IMG/VR virus record: IMGVR_UViG_3300032180_000009
Location: 1 to 50,554 of that record
Reading direction: 5' to 3' (one strand)
DNA length: 50,554 nucleotides
Source of the DNA: a virus
Taxonomy: Duplodnaviria; Caudoviricetes
The translations under genes were made by a program, and so were the position numbers. Positions within the stretch are counted from its first letter, which is position 1, and the number at the start of each line of letters is the position of its first letter. Below the pieces are notes generated by a model. It did not search any database. It saw only the letters and a program-made list of their open reading frames with translations, and had not been told where the DNA came from. This document shows, one piece after another, positions 35,915 through 44,720 of the stretch.

Positions 35915-36375
35915 TTCTCCTCAACCAATCTTGCATAACCAACCACGTCCTCCCAGTGCTGTTTCTCCATCGACCGTCCAGACAGAATTCTGGAGAACTT
36001 CAGTGCGATCATATCCATCGATTCACGCTCAATCGCACTCAGCCGGTGCCAACCCGGAAAGCTTCGAAAGATGTCTTTCAACATTTGACTGACTATGGCA
36101 TTATCCTCGAAAATGCCATGGGTGGTTCGGCGGCGATCTATGAGGTCTTCCGCAGCAGTTTGATGATCGTCGCTTCGCTCCGGAGCAACGCCCGGGCTAT
36201 CGTTCGAATTGTCATCCCCTCGCGGCGCGCCGAAAGAGCGAGGCCCCGTTCCAGCGGCGTCATGTGACATTTCGACCCCAGCTTTGATAGGGGTCTCCGT
36301 GTGGTTTTGAGCTTCCCCGAGTAAGGAATTAACATCGAACACGGGCCTCCGTTTTAGGTCGTCGGTGACTTTCAT
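35905..36375 (-). CDS. DUF6378-like phage protein
   Basis: R...HG.F..NA...ESMDMIA.K.SRILSG...HW.D..GYA.L. Confidence 0.65.
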   Translation of the reverse strand: MKVTDDLKRRPVFDVNSLLGEAQNHTETPIKAGVEMSHDAAGTGPRSFGAPRGDDNSNDSPGVAPERSDDHQTAAEDLIDRRRTTHGIFEDNAIVSQMLKDIFRSFPGWHRLSAIERESMDMIALKFSRILSGRSMEKQHWEDVVGYARLVEEKCF

Positions 36376-36388
36376 TTGGTGGGTCCTT

Positions 36389-36422
36389 AAAAGAGTGGCC
36401 CCAAGCGGGATGCCTGGGGCCA
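36389..36422 (-). terminator. Rho-independent terminator
   Basis: Minus strand TGGCCCCAGGC-atccc-GCTTGGGGCCA followed by CTCTTTT, just after the 36433 stop. Confidence 0.7.
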
Positions 36423-36432
36423 GAGGGAATGG

Positions 36433-36918
36433 TTACTCGGCCGGCATGGTCTTCTTCAACTCGGCGAAGATCTGTTCACCATCCTGCGATGCAACATGGC
36501 CGATGGTGATCTTCACTGAGCAGTTGGGGGTTTCGCTGAGGCACTGCCGAATGGTCTTATCGGTCTGGTCAATGCCGCAGTGATCAAGGAAGTCCGTGAG
36601 TCGGAACATAGAGTCCGGCGTGGTGTAGAACTTGGTGGAGTTGTTCTTCAACACGACGCCTTGCAAGGACTTCACTGTGCCGTCCTTTTGTGTCAGGTAC
36701 GCATCTAGTTCGTCTTCATCAACGTCTTCGTCGGCGGCTTGGATCAGGAAGGCGAATTGAACGAAAGGCGTCTTCTTTTGACTTGAGACTCCTTCTTCAT
36801 ATAGTCCGTTGACAATGGCGTCATAGGTCCCTGCCGGGATGGGCTTCGGGCGTTCGACATCGGCTGCCGGCATGTCGAGGATGGATTCGAAGGTGGGGGT
36901 GTGGAGGGGTTTTGCCAT
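36433..36918 (-). CDS. DUF669-like putative ssDNA-binding protein
   Basis: PIPAGTYDAIV OB-fold-type start; sits with AAA_24 ATPase and exonuclease. Confidence 0.65.
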   Translation of the reverse strand: MAKPLHTPTFESILDMPAADVERPKPIPAGTYDAIVNGLYEEGVSSQKKTPFVQFAFLIQAADEDVDEDELDAYLTQKDGTVKSLQGVVLKNNSTKFYTTPDSMFRLTDFLDHCGIDQTDKTIRQCLSETPNCSVKITIGHVASQDGEQIFAELKKTMPAE

Positions 36919-36940
36919 GGAGGTTGGTTTCCTGTTTGGT

Positions 36941-37141
36941 TCAGAAAGGGATGTCGTCGTCGTCGGAGTTGCGTGGTGGTGGTGCCTTTGGTGTTCTGGT
37001 TTTGTCATTCTCCAATGTTGCTTTATCAACTTCGTGTGTGAGTAGCGTTTCCACTCTGTAGTATAGAGTGGTCGCTGCGTTGATCCTCGACAAGGCCTCA
37101 AGGGCAATGGCGAGGTTTTTGATGGCAAGGGAGTTGGTCAC
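36941..37141 (-). CDS. 66-aa protein ending in SSB-like acidic tail DDDDIPF
   Basis: GTGA coupling; C-terminus matches the bacterial SSB C-terminal tip. Confidence 0.65.
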   Translation of the reverse strand: MTNSLAIKNLAIALEALSRINAATTLYYRVETLLTHEVDKATLENDKTRTPKAPPPRNSDDDDIPF

Positions 37142-37413
37142 GAAGCCTTATCCTCCGTCTCATGCTTCTTGGCCTGGCCGACTTGGTAAGGCATCCATTC
37201 CACGTAGGGTGAGTCACCAATGGTGTAGGGACTGCCGTCTTGAACGATTGGCACTGAAGTCGTTGCAGTGGGCACACCATTCGGAGTGAACACACACAGA
37301 TTCACCATGTTGTCGCCCCAGACGTGAGTGACGATGGCAGCCCAAGGTTGATCGCCGCGTTCATCCCTAACGGGCCAATACCACATGATGCGTCCGCAGG
37401 TTGGTTTAATCAT
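37138..37413 (-). CDS. Conserved-type small phage protein
   Basis: KPT.GRI.WY...AAIVT.VW....VNL.VF SH3-like pattern common in phages. Confidence 0.7.
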   Translation of the reverse strand: MIKPTCGRIMWYWPVRDERGDQPWAAIVTHVWGDNMVNLCVFTPNGVPTATTSVPIVQDGSPYTIGDSPYVEWMPYQVGQAKKHETEDKAS

Positions 37414-37416
37414 GAC

Positions 37417-38274
37417 TTATATCCTCTTCAATGTGAGAGCCTTGGGCTTTTCAGGCTTCGCAGGGGGCTCTCGGAGAACTGCGAAGAAGTCACTTAGCCC
37501 CGTTTCGATGGGATAGGATTTCTCCATCTTGAACGGCGCTGGGTTGGCGAGGTCTATCAATGGCGTGGAGTTGGTTTGGATAGTGCGCTTGCCGCCCTTG
37601 TTGGTGTAGAGAACGGCACTGGGAAAGTACTGTGGGATTTTGGGGGAGAGCTTCTGCCCTACGCCTTGAGGGAAGCCCTTGGTGGTGCCATCTCCAAGCT
37701 CCATGTACTGAACGTGAGCGATCACGATGACGTTCGTTCCAAAGTTACTGGAGGTTAAGGTCGCGAGAAGCATCTCGACGGCATCCTGCGCGTCTCCATA
37801 CACTGCACGCATATCTCGCTCTCCACTCTTCCCGACTGGAACAAGTGGCTCTCTAAAGTCAAAAGCTGCGTCGCACAAACGTGACAGCGAATCGATGATA
37901 AGGATACAGTCAGGTCCCCACTCACTGGGCTTTCCAAGATCAACTTCGATACCGTCGTCATCTGTATATTTCCATCGGTCAAGAAGTTTCATTCCATCCA
38001 CAAAGGCCTTGGGTTTGCCGTCAATGACCGACCCAGCCGGTGTGGTCTTGCGCTTGTCCCGAAGGGAGACGTATTCGATGTTGTCGAGCATCTCCGGGCA
38101 TTCGTTCTGGACGTAGTATTTGAGCACGTCCAGTTTGTTATCGTAGTCTTGGATGCGGAGGCGGTATCCGGCCTTTACTAGGGACACAAGTGAACCGGTC
38201 TTGCCGGACATGGCTTCACCGATGAGGAGGAGTTTGGTTAGGGTGTTGGATTGATGGTTAGCTAGGCTTGGCAT
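37417..38274 (-). CDS. AAA_24/Sak4-like ATPase (recombination)
   Basis: KLLLIGEAMSGKT, LIIDSLS, NVIVIAH, PQYF. Confidence 0.8.
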   Translation of the reverse strand: MPSLANHQSNTLTKLLLIGEAMSGKTGSLVSLVKAGYRLRIQDYDNKLDVLKYYVQNECPEMLDNIEYVSLRDKRKTTPAGSVIDGKPKAFVDGMKLLDRWKYTDDDGIEVDLGKPSEWGPDCILIIDSLSRLCDAAFDFREPLVPVGKSGERDMRAVYGDAQDAVEMLLATLTSSNFGTNVIVIAHVQYMELGDGTTKGFPQGVGQKLSPKIPQYFPSAVLYTNKGGKRTIQTNSTPLIDLANPAPFKMEKSYPIETGLSDFFAVLREPPAKPEKPKALTLKRI

Positions 38275-38479
38275 CAGTCGGTCCTTTCAAAAACACCTCG
38301 GTGTAAATGGTTACAATGTCCCCATTATGGATGTCACAGCGTTCGATGAATGGGTCATCGATTCGGATTGTGGTAGGGGCGCCATATTGAGCGCCTAAGG
38401 CAATGGTGATGTGGCTGGGGCCGTGGTCGGTGATGGGGGCTTTCAGCAAAGGCAAGATTGCACGCATTGGTTTGGTCAC
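38258..38479 (-). CDS. Hypothetical protein
   Basis: GTGA coupling; in operon. Confidence 0.55.
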   Translation of the reverse strand: MTKPMRAILPLLKAPITDHGPSHITIALGAQYGAPTTIRIDDPFIERCDIHNGDIVTIYTEVFLKGPTDAKPS

Positions 38480-39531
38480 TCAGAGCTCCTATCAAAGAAC
38501 GGATTGTTCGCGGTCTGAAGCGGATCGACCCTATCGAATGACGCCGCTAAGTAAGTCTCCCGAACCTGTGGCGACTTTGAACACACCTCTCGGAACTTAC
38601 ACCCACCGAACTTACCGCAGGAGGTATCGTTCTGGGGCCAGTAGTTGGCCGTGGCGAAGGCTTCGGCCTGGCCGAGCCAAAAGCGTAGGTCGTCGGTCCA
38701 TTCGGAGAGTTGGTCTGGGGTGCGATAGGTGAAGCCACGCTGAAATGCGTTGGGTTCTTCGAGTTTGATCTGCGCCGCGGAGATGATGACGCCTTTGACT
38801 GGGGAGTGGAGCACGATGTTCCCAGCGTAGGTATAGAGGGTCATTTGGTTCGATGGGGACCACTGGTTGAAGTAGTAGCCGGAGAGGGTCGACATGGAGG
38901 TTTTATGGTCCATCACGTAGAGGTTGTCGCAGTAGGTGACAATTCGGTCGAGGTGGCCACATAGGAGGTAGGGTTGATCGAAGATGCGAGTGGCCTTCTT
39001 CTCTCCAGACATTACCTCCATTAGGTTGCCATCCATCTCGACGTGAGATGTTGCCTTTGGTCCCCAATCAAGCTCCAACCTGAAGCTCAACTCGACAGCG
39101 GGTTCGCCGGATTCGAGGATGAATGTTTCGGCAGGATCATCTACAAAATGATCAAGGTAATCCACAACCAAGCTAACAATTGACTCCCGATTCTTGTACT
39201 TCCCAGCACGACTGCTGCGGTCAACAACCCAATCGTAAACCCGGCCTTGAAGCTGCTGGATAGTATCATGAATGGCATCCTCATGGTTGATCTCCTTCGC
39301 TCTGGCAATAGCATATTCTTGTAGAGCAGTATGGTATTCGATTCCAAACCGCAGGTGAATGGATTCGTCCCGTGAGGCCCAACCTTGAATGACGGTGTAT
39401 TCATAGAGCCGAGGACATGTCTTTAGTAGGTCCAGGGTTGTGGATGACCATGCGTATTGGATGTTGGTGCCGGGGAGGAACGGGGAGCGGACTTCGGAAG
39501 GCGCTATGTGTTCCGCTGCGATTTGCATCAA
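38476..39531 (-). CDS. PD-(D/E)XK exonuclease, Cas4/AddB-like with Fe-S cysteines
   Basis: CPR...FG..YH, VE, GHLDRI, VMDHKT, Q..LY, C-terminal C....GCKFREVC. Confidence 0.85.
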   Translation of the reverse strand: MMQIAAEHIAPSEVRSPFLPGTNIQYAWSSTTLDLLKTCPRLYEYTVIQGWASRDESIHLRFGIEYHTALQEYAIARAKEINHEDAIHDTIQQLQGRVYDWVVDRSSRAGKYKNRESIVSLVVDYLDHFVDDPAETFILESGEPAVELSFRLELDWGPKATSHVEMDGNLMEVMSGEKKATRIFDQPYLLCGHLDRIVTYCDNLYVMDHKTSMSTLSGYYFNQWSPSNQMTLYTYAGNIVLHSPVKGVIISAAQIKLEEPNAFQRGFTYRTPDQLSEWTDDLRFWLGQAEAFATANYWPQNDTSCGKFGGCKFREVCSKSPQVRETYLAASFDRVDPLQTANNPFFDRSSE

Positions 39532-39800
39532 ATCCTCCTCAACCCACCGGCCTTGGGTGGTGTGATCACCGAAGGCGGCTTTACTAAGCCAAGGGCTGCT
39601 GCGAGGTCAATCGTCTGCGTTGGTGCTTTTGGCTTTCGCCCTCCCTTCGGCGCTTCACGTTGCGCACGATAGTTGCGTTGCATGGCGATGATCTTGTCGA
39701 TGTCTAAGGCGCTAAGTTCGAGAGGATCACGACTGATAAGCTCGTCCAATTCGGATGGAGATGGAGGCGAGATGGCTGGGGTATCGAGGATATTAGTCAT
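39528..39800 (-). CDS. Hypothetical protein
   Basis: RBS GGAGA; coupled to the nuclease gene. Confidence 0.7.
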   Translation of the reverse strand: MTNILDTPAISPPSPSELDELISRDPLELSALDIDKIIAMQRNYRAQREAPKGGRKPKAPTQTIDLAAALGLVKPPSVITPPKAGGLRRI

Positions 39801-39867
39801 TCTAGGTCTCCAAGTGTACGTAAGTACGGTTCTTTGCGTTCATGGACAATGGCATGGATGTGTTGCC

Positions 39868-40104
39868 TCACACGCTCAGTCCACCCTCGGCCGTAGGTCT
39901 TTTCAAGCCATACGCAGTCGGCTTCGTACAAATTAAGTGTGACTCGCCTGAGTGGGTCGTCCGATCGGACTGGCATGACTCATCCTTCAGTTTCGGCTTC
40001 CAAGTGTCCTTATGGTATCGATTTCGGCGCCAGAATGAACATAGGCGAGTATGCTCTTCACCTGGACCACAATTACATTCTGGGCAATGGGTCCAAGTGG
40101 TCAT
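39868..40104 (-). CDS. Hypothetical Cys/His-rich protein
   Basis: CPEC.C...H..LC putative metal-binding; ATGA coupling. Confidence 0.5.
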   Translation of the reverse strand: MTTWTHCPECNCGPGEEHTRLCSFWRRNRYHKDTWKPKLKDESCQSDRTTHSGESHLICTKPTAYGLKRPTAEGGLSV

Positions 40105-40352
40105 GCATCCATCTCCACACTCTTCTTACAGATCCAAATCTCATTCTCGCATGGCGCGGCCGGTTCGAACAGAATGAGTTCGTTGTATCGAGGGTCCGCG
40201 GAAGTCTTCCTTGCGGTGCGTAAGGTCATGGCGAAGTACTTTCGGCTGACACCGGAGATAGTAAAGGCGATGCCGATCTCTTGATCTAGGGCGTGGTCGA
40301 GGAGGAACAAATACGTAAGTGGGTTAGGTCGTGGGGCCATTAGTCGCTCCAT
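40101..40352 (-). CDS. Hypothetical protein
   Basis: In tightly coupled - strand operon. Confidence 0.6.
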   Translation of the reverse strand: MERLMAPRPNPLTYLFLLDHALDQEIGIAFTISGVSRKYFAMTLRTARKTSADPRYNELILFEPAAPCENEIWICKKSVEMDA

Positions 40353-40543
40353 CGATCTAGTGAAGCTTCAATCTCAGCACGAACTGCCTGACGTTCCCTA
40401 TCTTTCAGTTCACGTATTTCCTTGTCAGTGAAAACATGTACTGCACCGTCGGACGTGCTCATGTCCAATTCTAGTCGGGCCCATAGGGCGCCATCGATTT
40501 CCTTCAGGTATGTGATCTTAGGCATTGTCGCTCCGATCCTCAA
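40340..40543 (-). CDS. Hypothetical protein
   Basis: In operon; probable start at MPKITY. Confidence 0.55.
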   Translation of the reverse strand: MRIGATMPKITYLKEIDGALWARLELDMSTSDGAVHVFTDKEIRELKDRERQAVRAEIEASLDRWSD

Positions 40544-40901
40544 TTAGGTGAACTTCAGTTCCTTCCGAATCAATCAACTCCCCGACTTCACTCAGGCCCT
40601 CAATGTGGAGGATCTGGGCGCTGCGCGAGGTGATGTAGAGCCAAAATAGGCCGTCTTCGTCCTCGATAATCTGAAGGACGTAGTCATCATAGGCCGAAGC
40701 GCCATGCATCGGGTGACCGGCTTCGTACATATCGGCGTTGGCCCGCCGGTCGAGGTTGCGGTAGTAGTGCATTCGCTGGCGCTTTTGGAAGCAGGCTTCG
40801 AAGGTGCCGAGGCATGCGCGGATGCCTTTGGGATCGGCACAGGCGCGGAGGAAGAGGTCTTCGCAATCGCGGTAGGCGCCGAGGGTGATGGGTAAGGACA
40901 T
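40518..40901 (-). CDS. Hypothetical protein
   Basis: TAATG coupling with the upstream gene. Confidence 0.65.
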   Translation of the reverse strand: MSLPITLGAYRDCEDLFLRACADPKGIRACLGTFEACFQKRQRMHYYRNLDRRANADMYEAGHPMHGASAYDDYVLQIIEDEDGLFWLYITSRSAQILHIEGLSEVGELIDSEGTEVHLIEDRSDNA

Positions 40902-41116
40902 TAGCGTAGCGCCTCTGCAATGTGAATACACTTTGCCAATGAGTTGTACATTAGCTCCTCTGGTTGTTGAGTCAGTACCAGATCACCTGTATGAAGTTCA
41001 CGCACATCTCCAGGTACCCATTCATCGACTACGCGCTTGCAGCCGAATTTACCTTTTAAGTAATGGGCGTTTGTGGTTTTACCACTGCCGGATGGGCCGT
41101 AGATTACGGTGATCAT
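40901..41116 (-). CDS. Small P-loop (nucleotide-kinase-like) protein
   Basis: MITVIYGPSGSGKTT Walker A; ATGA coupling; only about 71 aa. Confidence 0.6.
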   Translation of the reverse strand: MITVIYGPSGSGKTTNAHYLKGKFGCKRVVDEWVPGDVRELHTGDLVLTQQPEELMYNSLAKCIHIAEALR

Positions 41117-41325
41117 GCCCTTGGCCTTGTGTGAAAGAGGAAGTCGAACTTCTGGTTGGTGGGGATGTGAGCGATGTTTAGTTCGATGGTCTTGAACCGA
41201 TGGCCGCACGCGAGGCACTTGCGCCAGCGTTGGATGTTTTGGTGGTGATGTTTGGTTTCAACCACCTTGGTGGAAATGCTTTCACATCGGCCACAGTGGA
41301 TGGATGGGCGGTATTGAGTTTTCAT
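41113..41325 (-). CDS. NrdR-N-terminus-like zinc-ribbon protein
   Basis: CGRC...KVVET......RWRKCLACGHRFKTIE. Confidence 0.75.
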   Translation of the reverse strand: MKTQYRPSIHCGRCESISTKVVETKHHHQNIQRWRKCLACGHRFKTIELNIAHIPTNQKFDFLFHTRPRA

Positions 41326-41510
41326 CGCAGGAGGCTCCGGCCGTATATGGCAAGTACGGGCTCCATAATTCTGTTGATTCTATACGAATCAAGTTTATCG
41401 ATCAGGCATATTGTGGGTTCTTGTTGGAAATCACAAGACACCTGCCAAATACGCCCATCTGCACATAGCAGATACGCTTTGTCTTGATAGGCTTCAGCTT
41501 TGATTATCAT
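41322..41510 (-). CDS. Hypothetical protein
   Basis: ATGA coupling. Confidence 0.55.
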   Translation of the reverse strand: MIIKAEAYQDKAYLLCADGRIWQVSCDFQQEPTICLIDKLDSYRINRIMEPVLAIYGRSLLR

Positions 41511-41511
41511 T

Positions 41512-42942
41512 TTACCACCGGATGCATGAGGAGTCCAGCATTGTGAGTTTATTCTGGCTTCGTGTGGTGATTACGTAGGACAGGTTCTTGTCCTGTTCGG
41601 TGTCTTTGCAAAGCCATGGGTCGAGCCAGAACACATTGTCGAACTCCAGGCCCTTGGATTTATGGCCGGTTAGGAGTCGGATGGTTCCGGTCTGAGCGAA
41701 GATGTGTTCGGCGTAGGAGATGGCTTGGCTGAGGCTGTCGCCGTGTTCACACAGGACCCGCATGCAGTCGGCGAGGTCGTTGGCGGATTTGGAGCCGGCG
41801 ACAAGCTTGGTCTCACGCCACTCTTCGATCGCACTCATTGCCTTCTCACGTGGCATTGTGCTGTCGCCTAATTTCTTGAGGACACCCACCAAGCGAGGAC
41901 CAAGTTCAGAACCCAGCACGTTAACAGACCTGCCAACACTAATGAGCTGGAAGGCCAATCGAAGAAGAGGAGCATTATTGCGACAGATGATTGTTGAATC
42001 ATCAGCAAAAGAACGCCCGTCCAAAGGCTCTGTTTGTGTGGCCACATGTCCTCCGGCTTTGGTCCACTTAAAGTGTGGCACTCGCCATCTTGCGGCTTCG
42101 ACGATGGCTTGGGGACATCGGAAGCTAACAGATAGTGGCAGTTCGGACATCGAATAGGTTGATATTGCATTGGTCATTCCCCCTGACTTTGCACCACGGA
42201 AGCCGTAGATGTTTTGGAATGGATCTCCAACTCCAATGATCCGACCTTTGACAAGTCGCGCGAGCATAGCGTGGTTAACTGGACTTTGGTCTTGATATTC
42301 ATCCACCATGACTCTGGGAAATTTAGGAAATGTTCCTCCAAACAGTGCGGGCATATATATCTGATCATTGAAATCGATACAGCCACTATAGGCAGATTTG
42401 ATGGACTCAAGGAGGATGTCGTCGATGAGGTTGGAGGCGATGTCATTGGGGATCTCGTCCATGGCGTTGTGGAAGGTGTGTTGGTCGATCAATGCGGTGT
42501 GGGGGAGTTTGCATCCCTTCGGCACATAGCCAAGGGCCTTGGCCTTCTCAAGGCCATCCATAACCACGTGGTACTCAGGCCAAGCCGCAGTGGCTTCGGC
42601 CTTAGTCATGTCATCGACAAGGCGGCGCCAGAGGGTTCGGGATTTGGCTTTGTCGAGGACGAGTTTGGCACTGACGTAGCCGGCCCAGATGCCATGGCCG
42701 CAGGCGTTGAAGGTCTTGATGGTGGTTGTGGTGCGGAAGCCTTCGGAGGCTTTGGCTTCGTCGGCGTTGCGTTTGTTGAACACCAAGTACAGGGCAGGAT
42801 GGATCTTCGAGGCCTTGTCGATCATCTTGAGTGTGGCGGATTTGCCGGTGCCGGCAAGTGCGTTGAGCATGAGGTTGGGGTGAGCAGTCTTGGTACAATG
42901 TTCGATTGCACTCTGTTGTTCTTCAGTCGGAGTTTGGGTCAT
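41512..42942 (-). CDS. UvrD/Rep-like superfamily 1 helicase
   Basis: ALAGTGKS, LVFNK, VDEYQD, VGDPFQNIYGFRGA, LSVSFRCP, TGHKSKGLE, YVITTR. Confidence 0.92.
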   Translation of the reverse strand: MTQTPTEEQQSAIEHCTKTAHPNLMLNALAGTGKSATLKMIDKASKIHPALYLVFNKRNADEAKASEGFRTTTTIKTFNACGHGIWAGYVSAKLVLDKAKSRTLWRRLVDDMTKAEATAAWPEYHVVMDGLEKAKALGYVPKGCKLPHTALIDQHTFHNAMDEIPNDIASNLIDDILLESIKSAYSGCIDFNDQIYMPALFGGTFPKFPRVMVDEYQDQSPVNHAMLARLVKGRIIGVGDPFQNIYGFRGAKSGGMTNAISTYSMSELPLSVSFRCPQAIVEAARWRVPHFKWTKAGGHVATQTEPLDGRSFADDSTIICRNNAPLLRLAFQLISVGRSVNVLGSELGPRLVGVLKKLGDSTMPREKAMSAIEEWRETKLVAGSKSANDLADCMRVLCEHGDSLSQAISYAEHIFAQTGTIRLLTGHKSKGLEFDNVFWLDPWLCKDTEQDKNLSYVITTRSQNKLTMLDSSCIRW

Positions 42943-43175
42943 CAGTTCATCTTCCTCATCATTATCTCTCGAACCTGAGTCCGTACCATCTGCAACATCT
43001 CTCCGACTCCATACCAGCCCTTGGCCATTAGTTTGGACATGTTATCATCTTCGGTGTTGAAGAAGTGGCCAATCACAAGGGCTTGGTTCTGGGCCTCTTC
43101 GAGGTGATGTTGGAGTTTGCGGTAGGCTTCGTCCTTCGTCGCGACGCCGCCGATGGTGGAGAAGGGTTCGGTCAT
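42942..43175 (-). CDS. Hypothetical protein
   Basis: TGATG coupling; RBS AAGGA. Confidence 0.65.
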   Translation of the reverse strand: MTEPFSTIGGVATKDEAYRKLQHHLEEAQNQALVIGHFFNTEDDNMSKLMAKGWYGVGEMLQMVRTQVREIMMRKMN

Positions 43176-43336
43176 TTGAGTTCCTTTCGGAAGTAGGCCT
43201 TGTCACTGGTTAGGGTGTATAAAGCAAAGCCCTCTTTCAAATAACGACGAATCAATCGCAGGTTAGCGCCGGCGGACTTGAAGAGAAAAACCATTACGAT
43301 GGTGGGAGGTGGTGGAGTTAAGTCGGGTTCAGTCAT
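43172..43336 (-). CDS. Small hypothetical protein (54 aa, MTEPDLTPPPP...)
   Basis: Read from sequence; ATGA overlaps at both ends. Confidence 0.5.
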   Translation of the reverse strand: MTEPDLTPPPPTIVMVFLFKSAGANLRLIRRYLKEGFALYTLTSDKAYFRKELK

Positions 43337-43530
43337 TTGCGTTTGGCTTTCATGTTGTAGGTCGGATCATCACGCCAAAGGTATTCACTTCCGGACGCAA
43401 TGCCCTTCTGCGCAGAGCGTTGCATTTCCTCGGGCGCAACCCAGCGGTTGACGCGGGAAACCCATATTGGCATGTTAGGATCACGCCAGTCGGGGCGAGT
43501 GTCAGGTGGAAGTGATTTTCTTCTGGGCAT
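43333..43530 (-). CDS. Hypothetical protein (PDTRPDWRDPNMP motif)
   Basis: In operon. Confidence 0.55.
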   Translation of the reverse strand: MPRRKSLPPDTRPDWRDPNMPIWVSRVNRWVAPEEMQRSAQKGIASGSEYLWRDDPTYNMKAKRK

Positions 43531-43864
43531 TGATGGGCCTAGGGGTGTAGGTGTCGATTAGTTCTTGGCGCATGATGTCGCCGATGCGATTGGATTCGGC
43601 CACTTTGCGAGCGGTCATGGCGTCGCTGAGGTGAAGGAAATATGGGCGCATTGCGTTCCAGTCTGTGCATTGGGACATGGCAAAGATCTGGTCGTCCATC
43701 TGACGGATTGTGCGGACTAAGTACTCGACTTGGTTGCGGAGGGCAGTGCTTTCAGAGTTGCGTTCTTTCCATTGGTCTTCCCACTCACTTAAACGACGAT
43801 TGAGATTGGCATTGGCTTGCTCAAGCTCCACAATGCGCTTACGTCCGAATAGGTCAAACATCAA
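43502..43864 (-). CDS. Coiled-coil hypothetical protein
   Basis: RBS AGGAGG; heptad pattern. Confidence 0.65.
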   Translation of the reverse strand: MMFDLFGRKRIVELEQANANLNRRLSEWEDQWKERNSESTALRNQVEYLVRTIRQMDDQIFAMSQCTDWNAMRPYFLHLSDAMTARKVAESNRIGDIMRQELIDTYTPRPINAQKKITST

Positions 43865-44178
43865 ATCCTCCTGTCGATCTTCGTCCAGCGTGGCGTTATT
43901 CCTAAGACCTCAGCTAGACTGACCTTGGGCGTTGCGTGATTGGTGGCGTAGTGGTCGGCCTCGATGTGTAAATGTTCGACCCAACCCTCCGGAATCGCAG
44001 GTAGAGGATCGTCAATGGCTATTGTGTAGAATGGCAAGATGATGTTGCCATCGCGGTCGACCCAATCACCAGAGAGGGACTTCGATATCACAATCCATTC
44101 AACCTCGGCTCGCGATGGTGAGGTCGCGTTGATACAATAGGCTGCGAGGTAGTAGCCGTCGGGGCTGATGTCGGTCAT
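43861..44178 (-). CDS. Hypothetical protein
   Basis: ATGA coupling. Confidence 0.6.
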   Translation of the reverse strand: MTDISPDGYYLAAYCINATSPSRAEVEWIVISKSLSGDWVDRDGNIILPFYTIAIDDPLPAIPEGWVEHLHIEADHYATNHATPKVSLAEVLGITPRWTKIDRRI

Positions 44179-44366
44179 GGTTTCAACCCTACAGCTTTAA
44201 TAATGGCCGAAGCCAAATCCAAATGCACTTTGTAAGCGTGGCTGCATCCCTTATTTCGCGCATCCCCAAGTTGATCCATACAGATCATAGCACAAGTTCC
44301 TTGTCCGGTTTCGAACTTGCCGCTTCGGCATATAACCTCGCACGCTGCTTTTGTCTCTGGGCTCAT
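44175..44366 (-). CDS. Cys-rich hypothetical protein
   Basis: Abuts neighbours; five Cys. Confidence 0.55.
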   Translation of the reverse strand: MSPETKAACEVICRSGKFETGQGTCAMICMDQLGDARNKGCSHAYKVHLDLASAIIKAVGLKP

Positions 44367-44720
44367 CTACTTAATCCCCAGCTTCTCAAGCACCTTCTTG
44401 GCATTTTCCCGCTGGGCCTCAGTGGTTTCGGCCTTGAGCTTTTCATGCCAGCGGTCGAGTTTCACTTGGGGTTGGCGTGGGGGGTGAGTGTAGTTCGCAG
44501 GTGCAGAAGGCGTTGGGCGAGGGACTTCGGCTTGGCGTTTCATGAGGACGGCAAGGGCCATTGAGAGGCCACCTTCTGACTTTGGGTAGCGAGCCACATA
44601 TGGCGTGCCCCCTGCGGTCATTGGCAGTTCAACGTATATATTGCCTTCATCAGCCCACATTGTCACTGCCCAAGGTGGCCGAAAGCTATCTGTCCTCTGC
44701 CCCATCATATGCGTCTCCAT
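44367..44720 (-). CDS. Hypothetical protein
   Basis: In operon; start may be MMGQ near 44708. Confidence 0.65.
   Translation of the reverse strand: METHMMGQRTDSFRPPWAVTMWADEGNIYVELPMTAGGTPYVARYPKSEGGLSMALAVLMKRQAEVPRPTPSAPANYTHPPRQPQVKLDRWHEKLKAETTEAQRENAKKVLEKLGIK

Noticed and set aside
33127-36375. Modified-base genome (Z, hmU or 7-deazaguanine) suggested by the unusual polymerase
   Set aside because: No PurZ, thymidylate-synthase-like, Que/Dpd or DNA glycosyltransferase genes recognised
36919-37128. N-terminal extension of the DUF669-like protein with a His-rich run (HQRHHHH)
   Set aside because: It overlaps the better-supported 36941-37141 gene; the likely start is ATG at 36918
38476-39531. 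Cas4 as part of a CRISPR system
   Set aside because: No repeat-spacer array or other cas genes; context with AAA_24 and SSB-like genes indicates a recombination nuclease
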